Source of the DNA: an uncultured bacterium
Lineage (GTDB): Bacteria > Fidelibacterota > Marinisomatia > Marinisomatales > UBA1611
Direction of reading: 5' to 3'
NCBI GenBank assembly: GCA_913020665.1
Contig: CAJVZI010000004.1
Span: forward strand, 855 to 64,854
Length of the DNA stretch: 64,000 nucleotides
This document shows, piece by piece, positions 58,031 through 64,000 of this stretch. The position numbers were made by a program, and so were the translations under genes. The notes beneath the pieces were generated by a model that was not told where the DNA came from, searched no databases, and was given only the letters and a program-made list of their open reading frames with translations. Position 1 is the stretch's first letter. The number at the start of each line of letters is the position of its first letter.

Positions 58031-58873
58031 ATGAATGAATTACTCCAATTTTTTGCTGAAATAACCACTGAGGTTAGAAGTGCGATATTAATAGGTGGTC
58101 TGACCATACTTCTTTTAATAGAGTCAGGAATCCCTCTATTTAAAATGGATTATAAAAAACTAGCTCATGCAGGCATCAATATAGTATTCACCCTTATAAC
58201 AATTATGGTTAATCTAATTGGAGCAATGGGAATCCTTTTAGCTGTTAGGTTTAATGAGGTGTATGGATTTGGTTTATTGAATATTTTTGAATTACCAACT
58301 TGGCTTTATGTGATCATTGGTCTTGTATTATTAGATCTAATTGGTGCTTGGCTAATTCATTGGATACAGCATTCTGTGAAATGGATGTGGAAATTCCATT
58401 TGATACACCATACAGACCCACATGTTGATGCAACTAGTGGGCTAAGAGCTCATCCTGGGGAAAATATCTTTCGCTTATTTTTTACTACCTTAGCTGTCAT
58501 TGTAACCGGAGCATCCTTTGGGCTTGTAATGATGTACCAAACTCTTTCAGTATTCTTTGCTCACTTTACACATGCAAATATCAAGATCCCACATAAAATA
58601 GATAAATATTTATCCTATATCTTAGTAACACCAAATTTTCATAAGGTACACCATCATTATGTCCAACCACACACAGATAGCAATTATGGAAATATATTCT
58701 CTATCTGGGATCATATTTTTGGTACTGTCAAAGAATTAGATATAATGAAGGATCTTGTGTATGGCATTGATACTCATATGGAGAGATATGAGCATTCTAG
58801 CATTAAAAATCTTCTTATGATACCCTTTCAGCCCTATCGACCTCCAGTAGGATCTAAATTCAACGCAAAGTAA
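58031..58873 (+). CDS. Fatty acid hydroxylase / sterol desaturase-family membrane di-iron enzyme
   Basis: His boxes HWIQH, HLIHH and HKVHHH in a polytopic protein. The ATG at 58031 is preferred over the track TTG at 57989. Confidence 0.75.
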   Translation: MNELLQFFAEITTEVRSAILIGGLTILLLIESGIPLFKMDYKKLAHAGINIVFTLITIMVNLIGAMGILLAVRFNEVYGFGLLNIFELPTWLYVIIGLVLLDLIGAWLIHWIQHSVKWMWKFHLIHHTDPHVDATSGLRAHPGENIFRLFFTTLAVIVTGASFGLVMMYQTLSVFFAHFTHANIKIPHKIDKYLSYILVTPNFHKVHHHYVQPHTDSNYGNIFSIWDHIFGTVKELDIMKDLVYGIDTHMERYEHSSIKNLLMIPFQPYRPPVGSKFNAK

Positions 58874-58876
58874 AAT

Positions 58877-59242
58877 ATGAAAACAAAAAAAATAAATATA
58901 AATAAAAAGCTTAAAAAGTTCTCTGACCATTGGTCTCCTAAGGTTATTGCAGAGATGAATGACTATCAATTTAAACTTGCAAAAATAAAGGGGGAATTCA
59001 TATGGCATGAACATAAGGATACTGATGAGGTATTTATAGTTATCGATGGTAGAATGCAGATAGAGTTCCAAAATGAAACTATAGAGCTAGAAAAGGGTGA
59101 CATGTATGTGGTCCCAAAAGGAGTCCAGCATAAACCGCATGCAGAGGAAGAATGTAAGATCATGTTGGTAGAACCAAGAGGGGTATTAAATACAGGTGAG
59201 AACACCAATGATCTTACTGCGGAAAATGATGTTTGGATCTAA
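58877..59242 (+). CDS. Cupin-domain protein
   Basis: 121 aa. WHEHKDTDEVFIV...GDMYVVPKGVQHKP are cupin motifs 1 and 2. Confidence 0.7.
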   Translation: MKTKKININKKLKKFSDHWSPKVIAEMNDYQFKLAKIKGEFIWHEHKDTDEVFIVIDGRMQIEFQNETIELEKGDMYVVPKGVQHKPHAEEECKIMLVEPRGVLNTGENTNDLTAENDVWI

Positions 59243-61001
59243 AAGCAACTATTTGTTTTTATTTTTTTTTGGTTTTCTGATCGGCCAAGATTGTGATGAA
59301 GATGAAGTAGAATTATGGAGCGACTGCTATTCTATAGATAGCACTACTCATATAGATCTTACTGCGCAAAATATTTATGGAGAAATTCCGCCTACCATAG
59401 GAGACCTCATTAATCTAGTTTATTTAGATCTTGCTGCGAATAACTTGTCTGGATCTATTCCTGATGAGATAGGCAATCTTTTAAACTTGAATTATTTATA
59501 TTTGCAGAACAATGAACTCTCAGGCTCCATTCCAACTACCATTGGGAATCTAACCAATCTAATTGGATTAAAATTATATGGTAATCAACTTAATGGTGCA
59601 ATCCCTAGTGAGATAGGTAATTTAACTAGTTTAGCGTACTTGAGTTTATTCATGAATGAATTATCGGGTCACATTCCACCAGAAATAGGTAACCTGTCTG
59701 ATCTAGAGCATCTTTATTTATATGATAATGCTCTTAGTGGTCCTATACCTACTGAGTTAGGTGAACTAACTCATTTATCACAGCTATATTTAAATCAGAA
59801 TCAGCTTACTGGTTCACTTCCTAGCGAGATAGGCAATCTTATTAATCTAACTCATTTATATCTTTATGATAATCAACTCACTGGTTTGATTCCCTCTTCG
59901 ATCATAAGGATGACAAGCTTGAATTATTTTTGGATATATGAAAATCAATTCGCTGGAGAATTACCCTGTAACATTTGTGAAATGGACCTGGATTGGGACA
60001 ATACTACATTAGTAAAAATTTCTGAAAATCAGTTTTGCCCACCTTATCCTGATTGTATAATGGATAATATTGATTCTCAAGACACTTCTAACTGCGCTTC
60101 TATACCTCAGCGGCAGTTCGATCTATGGGGTGATTGTTATATGATCGAAAATACTGATTCTCTCAATCTGGGAAATATGGGTCTGACAGGTAATATTTCT
60201 CCAGAGATCGGGAACTTAATTAACCTTGAATATCTATTCTTACATGGTAATGAATTGATAGGTGAAATTCCGGAAGAGATCGGGAATCTTGTAAATTTGA
60301 AATATCTCTATTTGTATGATAACGAACTCACTGGACAAATACCATCTTCTATAGGCGGATTATCCAGTTTAACTCAATTGTTCTTATATGGTAATAATAT
60401 TTCTGGCACTATTCCAAATAGTATAGGTGAACTTACAGGTCTTAAAAAGTTGTTCTTATATGATAACCAATTAACTGGAGAATTACCTGTTGAAATGAAT
60501 GATCTATTGGACCTTGAATATGTATATATCAATGACAATCAGTTAAGCGGAAATATAGATGTGAATTTTTGTGATCTCAATCTTGACTGGAGTAATTCCT
60601 TATATTTTAATATATCTAATAATCAATTTTGTTCGCCCTATCCTATCTGTCTAGATAATTATATGGGATACCAAGATACAATGAGTTGTGGTAACATACT
60701 TTCAACATTAGAACAGGACATCAATACATATAAGGTCTTTGATGCTTATCCTAATCCCTTCAATCCAATTACCACACTTAGTTATTATTTGCCAAATAGT
60801 GCTCAGGTTACAATTATTATTTATGATATTCATGGAAGAGTAATTAATAACTTTTTCAATGGTTTCCAAGAATCTGGCCATCGGTCAATAACATGGTATG
60901 CAAAAAATGATTCGGGCCGACCTGTAAGTGCTGGAATATATTTTTTGACAATTGTAACTGGTGATTTTACAGATACAAAAAAAATGGTCCTTTTAAAATA
61001 G
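59226..61001 (+). CDS. Plant-type leucine-rich-repeat protein, T9SS cargo
   Basis: The ATG at 59226 gives the signal peptide MMFGSKSNYLFLFFFGFLIGQ. About 15 24-aa LRRs (L..L..L.L..N.LSG.IP..IGN) in two blocks. C-terminal sorting domain. Confidence 0.8.
   Translation: MMFGSKSNYLFLFFFGFLIGQDCDEDEVELWSDCYSIDSTTHIDLTAQNIYGEIPPTIGDLINLVYLDLAANNLSGSIPDEIGNLLNLNYLYLQNNELSGSIPTTIGNLTNLIGLKLYGNQLNGAIPSEIGNLTSLAYLSLFMNELSGHIPPEIGNLSDLEHLYLYDNALSGPIPTELGELTHLSQLYLNQNQLTGSLPSEIGNLINLTHLYLYDNQLTGLIPSSIIRMTSLNYFWIYENQFAGELPCNICEMDLDWDNTTLVKISENQFCPPYPDCIMDNIDSQDTSNCASIPQRQFDLWGDCYMIENTDSLNLGNMGLTGNISPEIGNLINLEYLFLHGNELIGEIPEEIGNLVNLKYLYLYDNELTGQIPSSIGGLSSLTQLFLYGNNISGTIPNSIGELTGLKKLFLYDNQLTGELPVEMNDLLDLEYVYINDNQLSGNIDVNFCDLNLDWSNSLYFNISNNQFCSPYPICLDNYMGYQDTMSCGNILSTLEQDINTYKVFDAYPNPFNPITTLSYYLPNSAQVTIIIYDIHGRVINNFFNGFQESGHRSITWYAKNDSGRPVSAGIYFLTIVTGDFTDTKKMVLLK
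59292..60700 (+). repeat. Two tandem LRR blocks, each with an N-cap (LW.DCY.I..T) and a Cys-rich C-cap (C.L.LDW.N....IS.NQFC.PYP.C)
   Basis: Block 1 spans about 59292-60107 (9 repeats) and block 2 about 60108-60700 (6 repeats). Caps: DEVELWSDCYSID / QFDLWGDCYMIE and ISENQFCPPYPDC / ISNNQFCSPYPIC. Confidence 0.75.
60744..60998 (+). other. T9SS (Por) type-A C-terminal sorting domain
   Basis: AYPNPFNPITTLSYYL...SAGIYFLTIVTGDFTDTKKMVLLK. Confidence 0.75.
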
Positions 61002-61016
61002 ATCGTATCATCAGAG

Positions 61017-61931
61017 ATGAAGCGAATAAGATCAAAATTGATCATTTTACGGTTAGCTCTGCTAGGTCTTTTCCATTTGAATTGTGCAAAAGAGCCTATC
61101 AACTTTGAAAATGAAATGGTTCAAAGGGACAATAAATACTATTTAAAGGGACAGAATGAACCATACACTGGGCCTATCTACTCATCATATAGCAATAATA
61201 CCTTAAAAAGTAAGGGGGATGTATCAGATGGAAAAAAAGATGGTCTATGGAATGAATGGTATGAAAATGGTAGAATAAAAAGTAAAGAAAACTTTAAAAA
61301 CGGTAAAGCTACGGGTGTTTGGGAATTATGGCATGATAATGATCAGATGAAACTAAAGGCATCTTTTAGCAATGGTAAAGCAAATGGACCACGTATCGAG
61401 TGGTATGACAATGGTCAAAAAAAAGAAGAGGGACATTTTATTGATGATCAATTTGATGGTCAATGGATAAAATGGTATCCCAGTGGTCTTAAAAGTGCAC
61501 AAGGTAATTATGTAAAAAACAAAGAAGAAGGTATTCATACCTTTTGGCACCCTAATGGGAATAAAAAGTCTGAAGCAAATTTTAAAAATGGAGAGATCGT
61601 TGGATCACGAATAGATTGGTACGATAATGGTCAAAAAAAAGAAGAAGGAACATCAGAAGGCCTATGGACACAGTGGTATGAAAATGGTAATAAAAAAGGA
61701 CAGGGTTACTACAAAAATAAGGCACCAATAGGTAAGCATATATTATGGCACTCAAATGGTAATATGAGATCAGTAATGCATTTTATCAGTGGTAGACCTC
61801 ATGGTCTGCGTACGGAATGGTACGACAATGGTCAAAAGAAAGAAGAAGGTAATTTTATTAATGGTGAACAACAGGGTAGATGGACCTACTATAATAAAGA
61901 TGGCACGCTTGATGGCACAGAGGACTATTAA
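61017..61931 (+). CDS. MORN-variant (YwqK-type) repeat lipoprotein
   Basis: 304 aa with lipobox-like HLNCAK. About 11 units of G.W..WY.NG.KK.EG.F.NG...G. Confidence 0.7.
   Translation: MKRIRSKLIILRLALLGLFHLNCAKEPINFENEMVQRDNKYYLKGQNEPYTGPIYSSYSNNTLKSKGDVSDGKKDGLWNEWYENGRIKSKENFKNGKATGVWELWHDNDQMKLKASFSNGKANGPRIEWYDNGQKKEEGHFIDDQFDGQWIKWYPSGLKSAQGNYVKNKEEGIHTFWHPNGNKKSEANFKNGEIVGSRIDWYDNGQKKEEGTSEGLWTQWYENGNKKGQGYYKNKAPIGKHILWHSNGNMRSVMHFISGRPHGLRTEWYDNGQKKEEGNFINGEQQGRWTYYNKDGTLDGTEDY
61401..61850 (+). repeat. Three near-identical 30-33-nt segments inside the MORN-repeat gene
   Basis: TGGTATGACAATGGTCAAAAAAAAGAAGAGGG (61401), TGGTACGATAATGGTCAAAAAAAAGAAGAAGG (61617) and TGGTACGACAATGGTCAAAAGAAAGAAGAAGG (61818). 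Each encodes WYDNGQKKEEG. Confidence 0.8.
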
Positions 61932-61937
61932 TAATTA

Positions 61938-63629
61938 ATGAGATCCTATTTTAAGCTGTATAACCTAGCTATTATTATTTATCTCATCACTTTTTGCTGG
62001 GCTCAGAACCTTTCTTTCAAAGATATAGCTGCGCAGGGGTCGTTGAATTTTATTCATGACCATGGAGGATCTGGTGAATATTATTATGTCGAGTCAATGG
62101 GCTCAGGTGTTTGCATATTTGACTATGATAATGATGGTGATCTAGATGCATATTTCCCCCAGTCATCTCCTTTACCTGGATGGAAAAAAAGTGTCATTTT
62201 GGAGAATAAACTTTTCAGAAATGATGATTTGGAATGGACGGATGTTACAAATGAGGCAGGTGTAGGAGATAAAAGTTACAGTATGGGCTGTGCCTGTGGA
62301 GATTATGACAATGATGGTGATATAGATCTTTATGTAACAAATTTTGGTAAGGATATACTTTACCAGAATAATGGTGATGGTTCCTTTACTGATGTAACCC
62401 TGGAACTTGGGATCGATAATCATTCTATGGGAATGAGTGCCGCATTTTTTGATAGTGATAATGATGGGTTTTTAGATCTATATGTCACTAATTATGTTGA
62501 CTATTCGATAGATAATAATCCTGAATGTACCAGCCCTTTGCAATATCCAAAGCATGGTGAATTATTTGCAAGGTCTTATTGTGATCCTGATGTCTTCCTT
62601 GGGGTTGAAGATAAATTTTATTATAACAAGAATGGTAAGTTCATTGACCGATCTAATCGATCTGGTATAGGAAGGTACCGTCTAAGGGGAATGGGAGTTG
62701 TACCAGGGGATGTAGACAATGATGGAGATATGGATATTTATGTGGCAAATGATAAAGATATGAACCTTTTATTCATCAATAATGGTAGAGGGAGATTTAC
62801 TGAAAGTGCATTATTCATGGGGGTTGGTTATAATGGTAATGGCCTAGCTGAAGCTGGGATGGGTGTGGATCTTGGAGATATTGATCGTGATGGCTGGTTA
62901 GATATTTATGTTACAAATTATAGTGGAGAGACGAATACTCTATATCTTAATCAAGGATCTGGTATTTTTTCAGACGCAACAAATGAGATCGGTCTTGGAA
63001 AACCAAGTATCCATTTTCTTGCATTTGGAACAAAATTGGTAGACCTTGACCTTGATGGTTGGCTCGATATATATGTGGCTAATGGACATGTCATCGATAA
63101 TATTGATCTGTTCAATAAAGATTATCGTCACGCTCAGTATAACCAAATCTATTTAAATCAAAAAAATGGATCTTTTAGTGATATAACTACAATGATCGGG
63201 GGAGATCTATTATATAAGGCTGTGAGCAGAGGATCTGCATTTGGTGATATTGATAATGATGGTGATATTGATATTATGGTTTCAAATAATAATGGAAAAG
63301 CTAGGCTATTGATAAACGAAGGTGATCATAAGAATAACTGGATAGGCTTTGAACTTGAAGGTAGGACCTGTAACAAACAGGCGATTGGAAGTAAGATCAT
63401 AATATCAACTGATTCCGGTGACCAAGTAGCCTGGGTAAATCCAGCGGGTAGTTATCTTACTTCTAATGATACAAGAGTGGTATTTGGCATCAATAGTGAT
63501 CGACTTGTAAGGTCAATCTCAATTGATTGGCCAGGTTCAGAAAAGGAAACGTTTAAAGACCTAAAGCCTAATTATTACTACAAAATAATACAGGGTGTAT
63601 CAATATCAACGATAAGCTCTGGTATGTAG
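61938..63629 (+). CDS. CRTAC1/ASPIC-UnbV family protein with FG-GAP/VCBS repeats
   Basis: 563 aa with a signal peptide. Repeated D.DNDGD.D.YV.N motifs (six or more) and a C-terminal UnbV-ASPIC-like GSYLTSND..V.FG. Confidence 0.75.
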   Translation: MRSYFKLYNLAIIIYLITFCWAQNLSFKDIAAQGSLNFIHDHGGSGEYYYVESMGSGVCIFDYDNDGDLDAYFPQSSPLPGWKKSVILENKLFRNDDLEWTDVTNEAGVGDKSYSMGCACGDYDNDGDIDLYVTNFGKDILYQNNGDGSFTDVTLELGIDNHSMGMSAAFFDSDNDGFLDLYVTNYVDYSIDNNPECTSPLQYPKHGELFARSYCDPDVFLGVEDKFYYNKNGKFIDRSNRSGIGRYRLRGMGVVPGDVDNDGDMDIYVANDKDMNLLFINNGRGRFTESALFMGVGYNGNGLAEAGMGVDLGDIDRDGWLDIYVTNYSGETNTLYLNQGSGIFSDATNEIGLGKPSIHFLAFGTKLVDLDLDGWLDIYVANGHVIDNIDLFNKDYRHAQYNQIYLNQKNGSFSDITTMIGGDLLYKAVSRGSAFGDIDNDGDIDIMVSNNNGKARLLINEGDHKNNWIGFELEGRTCNKQAIGSKIIISTDSGDQVAWVNPAGSYLTSNDTRVVFGINSDRLVRSISIDWPGSEKETFKDLKPNYYYKIIQGVSISTISSGM

Positions 63630-63644
63630 TAGGGAAAGCATGAT

Positions 63645-64000
63645 ATGAAAAATTTTTATTTAATGCTTTTAACCAGTTCTCTAGCTATCAATTGTGCAGG
63701 CTATATTGCTTCTGAGATCAGTAAGCCGATTAAAGATAGTGAGATGCATAAAGTCGAATCCAAAGATATCACTCAGTATTATCATACGTTAGGTAATAAA
63801 AATAACCCGCCTTTAGTCTTCATTCATGGGATATTGGCATTTACAGAGGTTTATCGAGATTTACTAAAGGAGCTTGCAGAAGAGTACTATGTAATTGGAA
63901 TTGATCTTAGAGGACATGGAAGAACGACAATCGGTGAACAACCTTTCTCCTATCGTCTAATAGCTGAAGATATAATCAATGTGACCGATGAGATCGGTAT
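63645..64000 (+). CDS. Alpha/beta-hydrolase lipoprotein (partial, runs off window end)
   Basis: MKNFYLMLLTSSLAINCAG lipobox, followed by PPLVFIHGILAF...YYVIGIDLRGHGRT, typical of the alpha/beta hydrolase N-terminal region. The 3' end is not in the window. Confidence 0.65.
   Translation, partial: MKNFYLMLLTSSLAINCAGYIASEISKPIKDSEMHKVESKDITQYYHTLGNKNNPPLVFIHGILAFTEVYRDLLKELAEEYYVIGIDLRGHGRTTIGEQPFSYRLIAEDIINVTDEIG

Noticed and set aside
61017-61931. The family name 'YwqK antitoxin', which suggests a toxin-antitoxin module.
   Set aside because: No adjacent toxin-like (YwqJ/deaminase) gene is present. The protein has a lipoprotein signal and consists only of MORN-variant repeats, so it is treated as a surface or periplasmic repeat protein.
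53275-64000. The accessory-looking gene run downstream of tRNA-Val, considered as a tRNA-integrated genomic island.
   Set aside because: There is no integrase, recombinase or mobility gene. I could not find a direct repeat of the tRNA 3' end, and by eye there is no compositional break.

Overview
This is an AT-rich, very tightly packed bacterial chromosome segment. It holds about 60 protein genes and 2 tRNAs. I recognise no rRNA, CRISPR array, transposase, integrase or phage genes. Several features point to a marine FCB-superphylum organism (Marinimicrobia/Ignavibacteria-like), which is an inference only: three Por/T9SS-type C-terminal sorting domains (..YPNPFNP..), a CarboxypepD_reg-type TonB-dependent receptor with a DUF4249-like partner lipoprotein, and a fused E1 alpha/beta 2-oxoacid dehydrogenase. 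Housekeeping content: mdh, rng-rplU-rpmA, xth, nth, hemW, grxD, gltA, lon, cspA, tRNA-Glu(UUC) and tRNA-Val(UAC). There is one long translationally coupled plus-strand string, PTPS/queD-yhhQ-folE-lpdA-lipB-E1(alpha/beta)-E2-methyltransferase-lipA. Envelope and accessory content: a marR-OMF-MFP-RND efflux string that continues without gaps into an SDR, a TonB-dependent receptor and a DUF4249-like lipoprotein; a GT39/GT2 pair; a GNAT-MsbA-like-2x TagF-like-GT9-LicC-like-DUF1015 glycoconjugate block; a secreted protease block (M14 carboxypeptidase with a dockerin-type tail coupled to a T9SS-tagged S8 subtilase and an unknown T9SS cargo); a plant-type LRR T9SS cargo; a MORN/YwqK repeat lipoprotein; and a CRTAC1/ASPIC-like FG-GAP protein. 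The best candidate for an undescribed system is the three-gene exported/outer-membrane module at 53665-57825. It encodes a secreted beta-rich protein, a signal-peptide FecR-domain protein and a 750-aa putative barrel, and it starts only 14 nt after the strong cspA terminator. The other findings are lower-confidence oddities. All functional calls come from motif recognition by eye on the supplied translations; no database search was run.
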